Shown: positions 25,187 through 39,830 of the stretch, in pieces | How the letters are laid out: each line of letters begins with the position of its first letter | How positions within the stretch are numbered: the first letter of the stretch is position 1 | Assembly: GCA_951406725.2 (NCBI GenBank) | Contig: OX597815.1 | Location: 68,076,001-68,140,000, forward strand | Reading direction: 5' to 3' | Origin: Octopus vulgaris | Taxonomy: Eukaryota | Length of the DNA stretch: 64,000 nucleotides | Notes under the pieces: generated by a model | Databases searched by the model: none | Told to the model about the DNA's origin: nothing | Seen by the model: the letters and a program-made list of their open reading frames with translations, nothing else | Made by a program: the position numbers and the translations under genes

Positions 25187-25339
25187 AAAATAAAGTTCTC
25201 ATTTGTATATTTGCAATAAATATGTGTCATTATTTTTCCAAATTTTATCACAATCTGCTCCATCAAAAACCTATCTCTGAAAAAGTTTATGAAAAAAATG
25301 TATATATTTCAACAAGTTATAAGAAACAAAATCAGTGTT

Positions 25340-25500
<161 letters not shown>

Positions 25501-26756
25501 GCATGTACACTTATCCTGCATCTCTCTCTACAATGTAAAGTGTAACTAGAAGAAATCAACCAACCAACCAATCAACTTTATTGATAGAGATTATCAAATT
25601 TCAAATTTTAGGATTTTATTCACTCAATAATAGGTTTATTACAGTTTGTACTTTTATTGAGTTCATCTGCCTTCGACAAACTCAATTGTCTTCCTTCAAT
25701 AATAATTGTTTCTAATTTAATACTTTGCGAAGGCAGTGAACTGGTAGAATAGCTAGCATGATGGGTAAAAATGCTTAGCAGCATTTCATCCAACTTTACA
25801 TTCTGAGTTCAAATTCCGTCAGTGTCAACTTTACATTTCATCCTTTTGGGGTCGATAAAATAAGTAGCAGTTGAGCACTGAGGTCAATGTAATCAACTTA
25901 CTCTCTCCCTGAAATTGCTGACCTTGTGCCAAAATTGGAAACAAATTTAAAACTTTTTGGCATTTAAACTGGCCATATCCAGCCAAAATATCTTACTTGT
26001 TTGTTCAAACTGGCCAGATCTGGCTTTTCACACCTACCTGATAATGTCATTCTAAAAATATGCAATCATTGAAATCTCAAAACTGAAAGATACCACATTG
26101 TTAACTGAAAACAATGTGAATAAATAAGCATCACAATTGACCGAGTAATCCAAATGCTAAAACATTTAGCACAAGGCCAATAGCTTAGAGGGAAGGGGTC
26201 TGGGCAATACCATTGGTCCTAGTGCTTCATTAGTAATGGTAGTGACAGTGGTGATGATGATGCTGTTGTTGTTTTCGTCATTGTTATCATCATCATTGTC
26301 ATTTTCTTCTTCTTCTTCTTCTTCTTCTTCTTCTTCTTCTTCTTCTTCTTCTTCTGCTTCTTCTTCTTCCTCATTTCCCTTTTCCTTCTTCAGTCATAAT
26401 AATTACCATTCACATCTTGGATGCTTTATAAGGATCTTACATCAACTCAATCTTTCATTAGTACTTTACCAGAAAGATAAATGATGAAGTTGAAAGGATT
26501 TGAACTCAGACTGTAAGAGACCACACATGACAATATACTGTAGACATTTTTTTTTTTTGCTCGACATAGAAATAAAACATATAGGCACAGGTATAGCAGT
26601 GTGGTTTAGAGGCTTGCTTGCCAACCATGTGATACTAGGTTCAGTCCCACTGTGTGGTACTTTGGGCAAGTGACTTCTCCTATAGCCCTGGGCCAACCAA
26701 AGCCTTGTGAATAGATTTGGAAGAAAAAACTGAAAAAAGCCCATCATGTATGCATG

Positions 26757-29700
26757 TACGAGATTTAGTCAAAAAGTATCCTACCTTGATTTTTTTTTTG
26801 CACAAAATAATGTGTGAACAAAATCCACATGAGCATTAGGTGGCCGCATCCTTCCTGAGCATACACAAAAATTTCTGTTTCTGTAGGTTGCATCATTCAC
26901 CTGCCGTGATGCATTGAGTACAGATGTGAAGAGTGTACTATGTTATTTATTTTTTTTGTCAAGATGACCGAGCACATTGAGCTGTATCAAATTCAGCCAA
27001 AACCTTGGTGATACGCAAGCCCAGACTATCAAGAAGATTCAAGAGGCCTTTGGAGATGACGCTATGGGAAAAACACAAATAAAGGAGTGGTATAATCAGT
27101 TCAAAGATGACCGCACCTCAGAGGATAGTGAGCCACGTTGTGGCAGACCATTGACTAGCAGAAATGAAAAAATTATTGCAAAGGTTCGAGGTAAAGTCTA
27201 TGGAGACTGTTGTGTGACTATTGAGGAGATTATTGGAGGAAGTTGGAATCAGCCATGGGTCAGTTCAATCAATTATAACAGGAGATTTGTGCATGAGGTG
27301 GATGTCAGCCAAATTCATAGAAAAGTTGTTGTCTGACTATGGAAAGAAAACAGAAAGGAAATCTCCCAGGACATGCTGGAGTATGCTATCCAAGATTAAA
27401 ACTTCATGAACACTATCATCACTGGCAAGGAAACATGGGTGTATGGTTATGACCCTGAAACAAAATTGCAATCATCCCAATGGAAGCATTCATCCTCGCC
27501 AAAACCAAAGAAAGCAATGTTAAATGATGATGAACTGGTTTTTTTTTACTTTAGAGGTATTGTGCACCATGAATATGCATGTTGTAATGAGAGTTACAGT
27601 GTCCCCTTGCAAGAGATAGACTGGTCAAAGTAAAGTATGAATAGTAACAATCCAAGTGAGTTTGAGGGTTCAGAGTCAAGTGAAGTTTATGTTAGTTCAC
27701 AGAGAAATCAGAAGGTGTCAGTTGATTAGTTCTCAAGGAATATTGATTGTTGGTTAGAATTATTCTATTTATAGGATCTTCCATAAATTTCTATTGCAAA
27801 AACATAAATGATTGTCCCTCTAAAAATATTTTGTCTGGAGAGTTGAAGTGAAATTTTTTTTAAATATTTCCGCAGGTACTCTCAGACAAACTATGCACAA
27901 AGACTGAAGCATGTTTTTAATTAAATGATAACATTACACCTGTGTTCAAGCCTAATAGGAGAGTGCTTTTTGCTGCAATAAAGTAAGTGGACAATGAGTT
28001 GGACAGATTGGAAAAAAACGGAATCATTGAAAAAGCAGATTACACAAAATAGGCAAAAATTAGGTTGTGTGCAAATTTTTCATCTTGTTTAAATGACTAT
28101 TTAAAAATGAACCATTATCCACTACCAATCGCAGAAGATATTTTTACAAAACTAAACAGAGGAAAAATATTCTCAAAACTCAATCTGTCTGATGCATATC
28201 TGCAAATCAATGTAGGTAAAAAAAATGCTCAAAGCTGTTAGTGGTCAACATGTACAGGAGCTATACAAATACAATAGCCTAACTTTTGGACTGAAGATAG
28301 CACCTGCCATATTTCAACAGGTGATGGATGCAATGTTGGCAGACTGTCAATTTGTTATTCCTTACCATGACATGTTAATCAAAAGCTAATCATGGAATGA
28401 GCATATTGAACACGTGAAGTGTGTCTTTAAAAAAATTAAGGATTATGGTTTCACACTCGGTGAAGAGAAGTGTGAATTCTTTTGCCTAAAATCAAATACC
28501 TAGGTCAAATCATAGATAAGAAAGGAAGACGTCCTGACCTGTCAAGGGTAGACGTAATCAAGAATTCTCCAATGAACATACCAACATTGCAAGCTTTCCT
28601 TGGCCTAGTAAATTACTATCGACAGTACATTCCAAATAAATATAAATTGCGAGCACCATTAAACGATTTACTAAAAAAAAAGAAGTAAAATGGAATTGGT
28701 CAGTAAAGTGCCAAAATGCACTTGAAGACATAAAGAAAATACTAATTTTTGACTTGTCACTAGCGCATTTCCATCCTAGAATGGACATTGTTGTTGCATC
28801 TGATGCTTTGGAGTATGGAATAGTAGCAGTCTTGCTACACAAGTATAAAGATGGAAATATGAAGCCAGAAGTTCATGCTTCACATTCACTGATAGCAGTG
28901 GGAAAAAAAGTATTGTCAGATAGAGAAGGAGGCTCTATCGATTATTTTTGCTGTAAAAAAATTTCACAAATTTCTACATGGTAGAAGCTTTTTGTTACAA
29001 ACTGACCACCGGTCATTACAATCAATCTTTGGATCAAAGAAGGGATTGCCTACCCATACAGCGAACCAACTACAACACTGGGGTACTATATTGCTGAACT
29101 ACAATTTTAAGATACAGTATATTCCATTGAAGAAAATTAGTCATGGAGACTGCTTATTAAGGCTAATTCCCAAGAGCGTGGAACCACTAGAAGAGACTGG
29201 TAGTGTCGTAGCAGTCAGAAAATGAAATTGTGTGTAATATAATCCAGGAATTGCTGGTGACAGCACAAGATATAAAAATTAAAGTTGTTGAGGATAGTTA
29301 CATTACAAGAATGAAAGAAACATTGAAAAATAGGCATAATAAAAGTACAAATTCAAATAATTTCTCACTATGCGATGGTGTCATAATGTATACGCAAACT
29401 GTAGTAGTACCAAGTGCATTACAAAAACGAGTATTGCAACAATTCCACTGTGGGCACCCAGGAATGTCCAGAATGAAAGCTTTAGTGAGGAGCTTCGTAT
29501 ATTGACCAACCTGTACAGGGACATGAAGAAATTAGTAAAAGCATGTAGAGGTTGCATGTTGGCAACCAAAGTACCACCAGTAAAATACCAACCGTGGCCA
29601 GATACTGAGAGCCCATGGTCCAGGATACCTATCAACTACGCTGGACCATTAAATGGCGCATACTATATAATCATTGTGGATAACTGTACAAAGTGGCCAA

Positions 29701-31106
29701 AGGTATGCAGATGTAATAAACCCACAGCAAAGACAATAAAGTTCTTATTCAAGTTATTTGCTCGATATGGTATTCCAGACACATTAGTTTCAGATAGTGG
29801 AACACAATTCACGGGATATAAACTAAGAAATTTCTAAAAAATACATGTCATAAAGCACATCTTTACTTCACCCTACAACCCAATGTCAAATGGGCGGGTG
29901 GAAAGATTTGTCAACATGTTCAAAAGAGCTCTAAGAAAAGCTAGGAATGAGCTAGATAATGACAAGGCAGTAACAAAATTTTGGAGAGTATATAGGATAA
30001 TGCCAAATCCAAATACTAATTCAGGAAAGTCACCAGCAAAGCTAATGTTTGCGTGTAAAATAAAATCGCCCTTCGATAGATTATTGCTAGGAAAAAATAC
30101 ATATAAGGGAAAGACAAAAAAATACATTTGAAGGAAATACAAAAAATATTACAAAACATTTCAAAGTAAGGGAGAAAGTTCATTTTAAAAAATGCAAAAA
30201 TGGTAAAGAAAGTTGTGAGGATGGCTGTGCAATTAAAAAATTAGGTAACATAATGTATTTAATTACAGGAAAATATTTGGAACATAATAGACTCTTTAAC
30301 CAGCTAAAGATGAGACATACAGAAGAACGAAGGGTAATACCAATGGAAGTCTTCTATGATATGTTTGAAGTGCCAGCCCAAGAGATATTGAACCTCATAG
30401 AACTAGCTTCAGAAAACGAAAATAGACAAAAATTTCTGTAATACCTAAATGAAAAAGATATTAAATTTTCAAAAACAAAAAGAGTGCTAACAAGAGTGCT
30501 TAGTACAACGAAAGGAAAAAGTGTTGCATGCAATGAACAATACAACCTTAAAAGTTGGGCAACAATTAAGATACACCAGTGAAAAAAAGAGGGTGAGGTG
30601 CTGGAAAGATAAAGAGGAAAAATAAAAGAAATTCCACTTTCTCACAGTAGTCAAAATCTCGAAAGGGGAGATGTTGTAATGCCTCCTTGCAAGAAACAGA
30701 CTGGTCCAAGTAAAGTATAAACAGTAATGATCTGAATGAGTTCGAGAGTTCAGAGTCAATTAATATTCACTGTTCGAATGAATAGCCATATTCGTGTCCA
30801 ATGTCATTTCCATGTTAACTGGGTTTGATTGATTCTCAACTCCCTCCTCTTGGTCAATCCTACTCCCCAGACTTGACCCCATGTGACTTTTGGCTATTCC
30901 CAATGCTCAAAAAAACACCCAAAGGGAGAAATTCACCAGTACATCTCTACAGCATCCCAAAAAGAGATTTCCAGAAATGTTTCCAGCAGTGGTAGGAACG
31001 CTGGCAGAAGGTGAATACTTTGAAGGAAACTAAATCAAAATAGTGAGTTTTCTAATATTACTTGTTTTTTGGCCAAAGGTCAGATACAATTTGACTACAA
31101 CTCATA
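26757..31106 (+). mobile_element. Mariner element split by a Gypsy insertion
   Basis: TA-flanked TIRs TACGAGATTTAGTCAAAAAGTATC / GATACAATTTGACTACAACTCATA; CIKFSQNLG, IITGKETWVYGYDPETK before the insert; YSPDLTPCDFWLF (~30860) after it. Confidence 0.9.
27580..30840 (+). mobile_element. Ty3/Gypsy LTR retrotransposon remnant (K02A2.6/Mag-like pol pseudogene; gag/protease not evident)
   Basis: Homologous LTR starts TGTTGTAATG..CCTTGCAAG at 27580 and 30672, PPT GAAAGGGGAGA at 30661; RT (IFSKLNLSDAYLQI), RNase H (VVASDALEYGI), integrase (HCGHPGMSRMK, LVSDSGTQF, SNGRVERF). Confidence 0.93.
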
Positions 31107-31113
31107 TGTATGA

Positions 31114-31146
<33 letters not shown>

Positions 31147-32369
31147 TGTATAACAGGCTTCTTTCAGTTTCCATGTACTAAATCCATGTTCGACCTGAGG
31201 CTACAGTAGAAGACACTTGCCCAAGGTTCCACGCAGTGGGACTGGACTCAGAACCATGTGGTTGGGAAGCAAGCTTCTTACCACACAGCCATGCCTGCAC
31301 CCATATGTTTTATTTTTCCTTGTCTCAATCACTGGACTATGGCTATACTGGAGTCCCACCTTAGAGATTTAGCTGAACAACCTGACTCCAGGATTTTCTC
31401 CTTTTTTAAAATTTGGTACTTATTCTATCAGCCTCTTCTGCCAAACTGTTAAGTTAAGGGAGCATAAGCAAATTAACATTAATTGTCAAGTGGTGGAGGA
31501 CAAACTCAAAGACAAAGACAGTCACTGATAAGTACATACATATGTGTGTGTGTGTGTGTGTGTGTGAAAGATGGGCTTTTTTCAGTTTCCACTTGCCAAG
31601 CTTTGGTTGGCTCAGGATTATAGTTAGACGCTTGCCTAAGTGGCCAAGAAGTGGGACTGAACCTGAAACCATGTGGTTGGGAAGTGAACTTCTTAGTAGA
31701 CAGCCACACTTGCACTTATATCTGTTGTAGAAATATTTTTAAGTTGCTGTCAACATTTATTAGACTCATGAAAAATGCTGTAAACTTTCTCCTAAAAAAA
31801 ATCTTGATTAGGCTTGTTCCATTGATTTCATTTATAACATCAGATAAAATAAATTTTAATTGATAGCTCAAAAAAAAAATGGCCAAATTATAATGTCTGA
31901 AAATTGTTGAATGAATCAGCAACTCTAAAATTTTCATCTAAGTGTGGTACTCGCTATGTTAAAATAAAATGCAATCAAGTATTTTTTACTTTAAATATTA
32001 TGTGTTCAACCATACACCATTTAACATTCGTCGTAACATATTATAAATATTTTTTGGGGTGTTGTTCCTTCTAATCATAGAAATGTTTCTTCACTTTATT
32101 GCTGACAATTCCCCTAATTCACATTTTAGAAAAATTACAAGCACAATTTTCCTTAGAATTAATGAGGTTTCAGAAATAATAATTATTAGTGCTACCCATG
32201 GAAATTCCATGGTTATTCTGGAAATTGTATGAGGAAATTTATATTTTTCTGACACATTTGATTCTTGAAATGTAAAAATCCACATAGACAGTATTGAAGG
32301 GGCAATCAGTCAATCAATCAACTTATCTATCCATCTATCTAGTTGTCTCTCTATCTGTTTATCCATCTG

Positions 32370-32435
<66 letters not shown>

Positions 32436-33243
32436 ACATTCTACTTACATTTCTGCTGACATATGTGTCTGTCTACTCTAACAATATGGATAAACATGTA
32501 AACCAAATAACTAAAAAAAAAAAAAATTGCAGTACCCCAGCATGGCCTCAGCCTTTGTGCTGCTACACATTAAAAAAGTAACTTTTATCTTTTAAAGTAA
32601 CATCCACAGCTATTTGCTAAGGTTATTTCACTTTGATTAAAATATGTGTTGATATCTTCTAGCCATCTGTCTTTCTATTTTTTCTATCCATCAACAAATC
32701 TATCTATCCATGTTGAGACATTGACAGATTGAAGATATAGAAATGGTTGAACATTAAAGCCTGTAAGAACAATTAAACTTTTATTTTTATTGTCAATCAC
32801 AATATTCTATGACATGATGCTTAAAATAATATAACTGCTTTCTACTCCCATGTTTCCTTCAGTCTAAACTCTCTCTCTCTTTCTCTCTCTCTTTGCCTCT
32901 TACTTCAACAATACCACATGCCACTGCACTTAACATCTTTCTATATTTCTCTTTCTACTTTCTTCAACAAATCACAAAATGTAATATCAATACCTTTCTC
33001 TGGTTCTCAGTGCTAACACTCTTCTCTCTCTCTCTCTCCTTCTCGCTTTCCCTCCCTCTCTCTCCTTCTCGCTTTCCCTCCCTCTCTCTCTCTCCTTCTC
33101 ACTCTCCCCCCCTCTCTCTCTCTCTCTCTCTCTTCCCTCCTTTGAACTAGCCATGTGGCAGCATCACATATTCAGTCTTTGCATAATAACTATTACTTTC
33201 TCCCTACCTCATATTGTTAACACTTCTCTCTCCCTCTTTTTCT

Positions 33244-33393
33244 AGAAGAAGAAGAAGAAGAAGAAGGAGAAGAAGAAGAAGAAGAAGAAGAAGAAGAAGA
33301 AGAAGAAGAAGAAGAAGAAGAAGAAGAAGAAGAAGAAGAAGAAGAAGAAGAAGAAGAAGAAGAAGAAGAAGAAGAAGAAGAAGAAGAAGAAGA
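33244..33393. repeat. (GAA)n microsatellite, ~150 bp
   Basis: Direct reading. Confidence 0.99.
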
Positions 33394-34103
33394 ATGGTTT
33401 CAAATTCAGAATGGTGGAGTGTAGTATATCACCACCCCAGTGCTTAATCAACACTTTATTTTATTGACCTCCAAAAGGATATGCAACTAAGCATTTTGTC
33501 CGACATTCAAACAATTTTGCAAGCTTACCACCTTTAATGATAATAACAATAACAATAATAAACTTCTCAAATTTTGGCGTAAAGCCAGCAGTTTTGAGGG
33601 GAGGGAGCAGTTGATTACATTGGCCCCAGTACATAAATAGTTCTTCATTTTATCAACCCTGAAAGTATGAAAGGCGATGTCCATTTTTGGTCTCAGATTT
33701 TGGCACAAAACCATCAGCTTCAAGGAAAGGGGCAAGTTAATTATACTGATCCCTGTTCTTGACTAGCACATTATTTTATTGACCCCAAAAGGAGGAAAGG
33801 CAAAGTTGACCTGGGTGACATTTGAATTCAGAAAGTAAACTGTCAAAAGAGATGCTGCTAAGCATTTTGTTTGGCATGGTAACAACTTGGCCAGCTCACA
33901 ACCTTGATGAGGATAATAATAAATTTGGGGGGAGGGCTAAGTCGAAGACATCAGCCCCAATGCTGAAATAGTGTTTATTTTATCAACCCCAAAAGGATGA
34001 AAGAGGAAGTGAACCAAGACAGACAAAATGCAAACAGTTTCCTGAATTGATTCCATTCTAAATTTAGAATTCTTCTTCGTCATTTAATATCTAGCAATAG
34101 GCA

Positions 34104-34487
34104 AAGCAATGAGCTGGCAGAAACGTTAGCATGCTGGGCAAAATGCTTAGTGGTATTTCGTCTGCCGTTATGTTCTGAGTTCAAATTCCGAGGTCGACTT
34201 TGCCTTTCATCTTTTCGAGGTCGATAAATTAAGTACCAGTTACGCACTGGGGTCGATATAATCGACTTAATCCGTTTGTCCCCTCTGTTTGGCCCCTTGT
34301 GGGTAGTAAAGAAATAGGTACTTCACCTGTCTTTATGTTCTGCGTTCAAATTCCAACCTCAATGGAATTTGAACGCTTTTCATTGATAAATTAAGTACCT
34401 TTCATTGTACCAGTTGTGTATGAGGGTTGATCGAATCGATTGACCTCCTCCCCAGAAATTTTGTGCCTTGTGCCTGGAGTAGAAAAG
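34104..34487 (+). mobile_element. Dimeric Deu/Nin-like SINE with 18-bp TSD
   Basis: AATATCTAGCAATAGGCA at 34086-34103 and 34488-34505; B box/core segment occurs twice. Confidence 0.85.
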
Positions 34488-35022
34488 AATATCTAGCAAT
34501 AGGCAGTTCCTGCTTTCCTAAGCTGTAAAACTCATTAAAAAAACCTTCACTGATTAGTTTAATATTTTTGTCATTAATTTTATCAAAGACTGAAAATATG
34601 AGAGTTTTCTTTTATATTCATTTAGTATATTTACAATATTTTTAGTTATATTTATTTATTTTATCTATTCATTTATTGTTTTTATCCTGTGGTAGGGTCG
34701 AAGCAGCACCCAACCAGGATGGGAAGGAAAAATGTGTCCTCAAACCAGTGACCTGGCCCACAAGGTTACAACAGAGTGGGGTCCACTAAAGGTACCCAAG
34801 TTGCCAGGTGATGGTATTAAACTGGGTGATGTATTCAGCCTACTCTCTAACAATGTCCATGGTGTGATTTGAACCCTGAACACAAGGATTCAGAACAAAT
34901 GCAAAAAGGCATTAGGTTCTAACAATTACGCCAATCCACTGCCTTGGACTTCAGGCCTGTCGCAAGACTTTGGTACCAGGAAGGAGTGGGGGCGCCTTCA
35001 GAATGTTCTGAGTGAGCACTAA

Positions 35023-35404
35023 TCTCTCTCTATATAAACGGCAGTTTGTCTGTGCGTTTTCTGTGTGTCTGTTTTCTCGTACCCTCACTCTGACCACGGC
35101 TTTCAACCGATTCTGATGAAACTTGACACACACATAGCCCAATGTCATAATTCAAAACTAACGCAGCGAAAATTTTGAAAAGTTCCCCCAGTTCTGAAAA
35201 AATCGATAAATTCGACATGGGGTCGAGAATCAGAAACCCAAACCACAGACCGTCTAGGGGACGCAACTCTACCTTTTTTAACTCTCAAAAAAATTTACCA
35301 TCATTTTTTTTCCATTTTTTTGCTATTTTTTGGCTATAACTCTCTAAAAATGCTTTATAGTTATTACCCTTACAAACCTGAGCAACGCCGGGTGATACTG
35401 CTAG
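35023..35404 (+). mobile_element. Non-autonomous Helitron
   Basis: 5' TC, 3' hairpin CCTG-AGCAACGC-CGGG then CTAG, inserted between A and T; same 3' end as 62939/63468 copies. Confidence 0.8.
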
Positions 35405-36647
35405 TTTGTAATAATGCTAAAGTGGAGTTTCAAAATAATCAATACCTTGTAAGAACTAAATAGAGTATAAAATACCTTTAATGAGTGAAATCGTTGAACA
35501 CAAACCCAAAATTTCATTTTTCACCTGAACAGAGTCTTAAAGACAAAAATTAAAATAAAAGTCGTTGCTATATGGATGAATAGGAAAACAGGTGATGAAT
35601 GTGAATGAAGGTTTGAGGTAAATTTTAGGGGTATTTAGCAGGAAAACATAAATGTTAAGGCAGAAGTACCTGTTTCTGTCGAGCTATTGAGAAAAGAGTA
35701 TAGTCTGGGTTACTTTGAAAATGTTTCGATGACAGAAAATATTTAAAAAATAAAATAAAAACTATGTCAAATTATATTTTGATGTCCCAGTAAAGCCTTA
35801 ATGCAAGGGAGGTACATGGTTGGTACAGGGATTTGAAATTCAAATATGCTGGGTAAACAAAGATTTGATTAAATGTGATAGCAGCATTGTTGATGTGGTA
35901 CATTATTGTTGTATATCATTAGAATAATGATGTTTGAGCGTGAAATTTGATGTGCTTTAATTAATCTTTCTTTGGCCATTTAATTCAAGGAGATTATTAT
36001 TTATTCGTCTGGTTGGACTTAATTATATATTGGTGATATTTGCTTTGTCTAGAGCCCTGAAGACCTGAGAGATTCATTGGAGAGTGTCATAACATACAGT
36101 GTGTCATCAATATCATTGTCGTTGTTGTTGCCGCTGCCACCACCGATGGCGGCATCATCATCATCACTACCATCTCATTTCCCACTTGCATCATCATCAT
36201 TATTTAAGATCTGCCTTCTATGCTGGCACGGATTACACAGCTTGACAGGATCTGAAGAGTATAAGGACAGTGCCAAACTCCAGTGAGCAGTTTTAGACCT
36301 CTCCAGGTTCAGTTGCAGCTGATTTCTTCCAGAAAGAGAGAGAGACACACACAGACATAGAAAAGGAGAAAACGAAAGAGAAAAACTGACTCCAGAATAG
36401 AGTTGGTACTTTATTTATTGACTTTGAAAGGATCAGCAGCAAAGTCAACACTAGAAGTATTTGAACTCAGACCAGAGAGAACTAAAATACAGACAATCTA
36501 TTGGATACTCTGCCAATACAGCCAAATACTTGCATGTTGGTGGTGGTGAGGATCAGGTGTATACATCTATGTGTGAATGAATATAAGTTGCTATTACATC
36601 TAAGTAGGTATTAAATTCAAATTATAAATAGGCAATAATGGTTTCAA

Positions 36648-36980
36648 GGTGTGTGAGAGTGCATGGCTTAATGGTTAGGGTACTTAACTCACAGTACTAA
36701 GGTTGTGAGTTCAACTCCCAGTGGTGCATTGCATCCTTGAGCAAGACACTTTATTTCATGTTGTTCCAGTCCACTCAGCTGGCAAAAATAAGTTGTACTT
36801 GTATTTCAAAGGGCCAGTCTCGTCTCATTCTGTGTCATGCTGAATCTCCTTGAGAACTACATTAAGGGTACATGTATCTGTGGAGTGCTCAGCCACTTGC
36901 ATGTTAATTTCATGAGCATGCTATTCCATTGATCAGATCAACTGGAACCTTCATTGTCGTAACTGACAGAGTGCCAATAA
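36648..36980 (+). mobile_element. tRNA-derived SINE with 11-bp TSD
   Basis: TGGCTTAATGGTTAGG and GAGTTCAACTCC boxes; AATGGTTTCAA on both sides. Confidence 0.75.
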
Positions 36981-37616
36981 AATGGTTTCAAATTTTGGCG
37001 CAAGCAATTTCAAGGGAAAGGGCTAGTCAATTACATCAACCGCGTACTTATTTTATCAACCCCAAAAGGATGAAAGACTAAATTAGTTTCAGTGGAATTT
37101 TAACTCAGAATGCAAAAGACAAACAAAATGCCACTAAGCCTTTGGCCCAGCATGCTAATGATTCTGCCAGCACACTACCTTAATAATAAATAATGTTTTC
37201 AAATTCTGGCACAAGGCCAGCAAGTTTGGGGAAAGAGTTAGTAGATTACATCAACCCCAATATTCCAATAATACTTATTTTTTCAACCCCAAAAGGATGA
37301 CAAGCATAGTTTGTTTCAGTGGAATTTGAACTCGGAACATAAAGAGAGATGAAATGTTGCTAAGCATTTTGTCTGGTATGCTAACAATTCTGCCAACTCA
37401 CTGCTTTAAATAAGTAAGCAATAAATGATAAGAGAATATTGTTTGACTATGTAATAATATGGTTATATAAAATTTGAGTTGTATAAAATATACATTATCT
37501 ATTACAATGTTGTAGCTACTGGTAAGGATATTGCTTGTGTGGTTTGAAATTAAAAATGTATGTTTACAAGTGCAAGAGAATTTTAGAGCATTGGTCATTG
37601 AAGTTACTATCTCAGA

Positions 37617-37661
<45 letters not shown>

Positions 37662-37704
37662 GTGGTGGTGGTGGTGGGGATGATGATGATGATGATGATG
37701 ATGA

Positions 37705-38235
37705 TGGCTCTCATGGCTTCTCATTTTAACTGATTGGAAGTGTTATCATGTGCATTGTTTTGTCTTGGTATAAAAGATGGGCTACAGCAAATATTCTGCT
37801 CAATACCACAGATTTACTTGTTAGTTGTTTGACCATAACCAGTTAAGCATGTCCCTTAGTGGCTGACAATATGTTCATCTCTAATCACAAGTAGTGGGGG
37901 AGCATCATAGCCATGCATTGAGAGGAATTCTTTGACACTTGGATAATTCATCTTTGAAAACATGGATATTTCATTCAACATCCTTAAACAACCCTTATTC
38001 AGGGACCTTTTGAGCAGGATGGGCTACTTGATCTGAAGAAAATTCTAACTGGCCCCACTTGCAAGATTATGCACTGTTTATCTTGATATGAGATCACCAT
38101 GTTGCGCACATATGGTTGTGATGCATGTGCCTAGTGTACCCTTATCAGACGGGTAGTCATGATGGGTATACTGGACTTCGTATATTTTACCCCAGTGTTA
38201 CTTTGATGGCATGCACTGCTCTCTCACTCAATAAC

Positions 38236-38295
<60 letters not shown>
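37705..38295 (+). mobile_element. Probable 3' end of a non-LTR retrotransposon with (AAT)n tail
   Basis: Complex segment between (GAT)n and (AAT)n arrays; family not assignable from sequence alone. Confidence 0.4.
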
Positions 38296-38296
<1 letters not shown>

Positions 38297-38399
38297 TAAA
38301 AAAATAAACTTTTCACTATCTCCTCACCACTGCCACCTCCACCATCATCATCATCACCACCACTATTATTACTACCACCATTATCATTATAGTTTGCAT

Positions 38400-38830
38400 C
38401 CTTGTATGTAATGAAATAATGTTGCAGGCCACACTGAGTAAGAAGTTAATCAATGATAATGATGAGACCTTCCAGGAGTACAAAGTGAGGACCAATGAAG
38501 AAGAGATCATCAGATTTTATTATAATGACCAAGTACATAATGAAAGATTGTGTTTGACTAGGTTACATAAAGCATGAAATGTATGATATATGTCCAGGTG
38601 TCAAAACCATAATGATATCTGGTAGGCAGCTGATGATGGAAGTATATGTTTAATATACTTGTTGTCTCTGAATCTTTTATATCTTGTGCTCTCATTGTTC
38701 TAAGTTGTCTTTCATTCTCATAGGGTTGAACTTGCCAAGGAGTCCTTGGTTTCTTGGTTTATGGTAGTTTTGTTATTTATATTATGCTATACATTGATAA
38801 TGCAAGATTGTCCTTCACCAGGTTTCGAAT
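38400..38830 (+). mobile_element. Decayed R4/Dong-like fragment
   Basis: 38435-38510 is homologous (opposite strand) to 51727-51810 within the R4-like element. Confidence 0.55.
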
Positions 38831-39830
38831 TTATAAAGGTTATATTACACTAATATTATGATTTGCATTTACAAAACTATTTCTATTAGAGTAATCTGGG
38901 TTTAATATTATATATATGTTCTTTCGATGTTTGCTTTCTAACCATGTGGTTATGAATTCAGTCCCTGACAAGTTTTCTGATTTTGTACCAGGCTGACCAA
39001 AGCTTTATGGGTTGATTTAGTAGACAGAGGCCTGTTGTATATATATATTTCGGTGGGGGGATGTATATGTGCATGTGCACGTGTGTGTTTGTGCCTCCTT
39101 GTTTTCACATCCTGTGATGGTTGTAAACAAGTGTTACCCTCATACAAGCCATGTCTTTTGTTTCCAATCTTCCATGGATTGGATTTGGCTTGATTCCTAT
39201 GGTTGGATGCCCTTCCTAACACCAACCACACCACAGAATGTACTGGGTGATTTTTATGTGGCACCATCTCCAATACTTTTTACATGGTACTAGCACCAGT
39301 GCTTTCTCATGGCATCAGCACCCACACCAATGCTTCTTACGTGGCACCTTGGTTTTAGGATCTCAATTCTGTTATGGTGAGCAGGTCTTGTTAAGTACAG
39401 CAATGTGCCACATATTTTGGTCCTCAGTCATCTCCTTCATAAGATTCAGCATTTTGAGATCAGCCTTTAATATTTCATCTTGTCTTCCTGAGTTTCCCTT
39501 TTCCACAGCTTCCCTCTACTTTTAATTAACAGAATTTATTTTCTGTGCAGACTTCTTTTTTCCCATCATGTGTGCACAAGTGAACTAATGTCATTTCCAA
39601 CCTGAAATATGAAAAAAATAGAAGCCATCCCTATATTTCCAATATGGAAATGATACCACTAACTTTTCAAATAAATGTGTGCATGCATGTAATGTTTGAA
39701 CGTGTGTAAGTGTATGCGTGTGTGTATGTATGTGTGTGTGTGTATGAGTGTGTGTGATCGCTTTGTGCGTGTATGTGTATCTGTTATGTACACAGATGCT
39801 CACATGCTAAATATACACATAATATTTATA

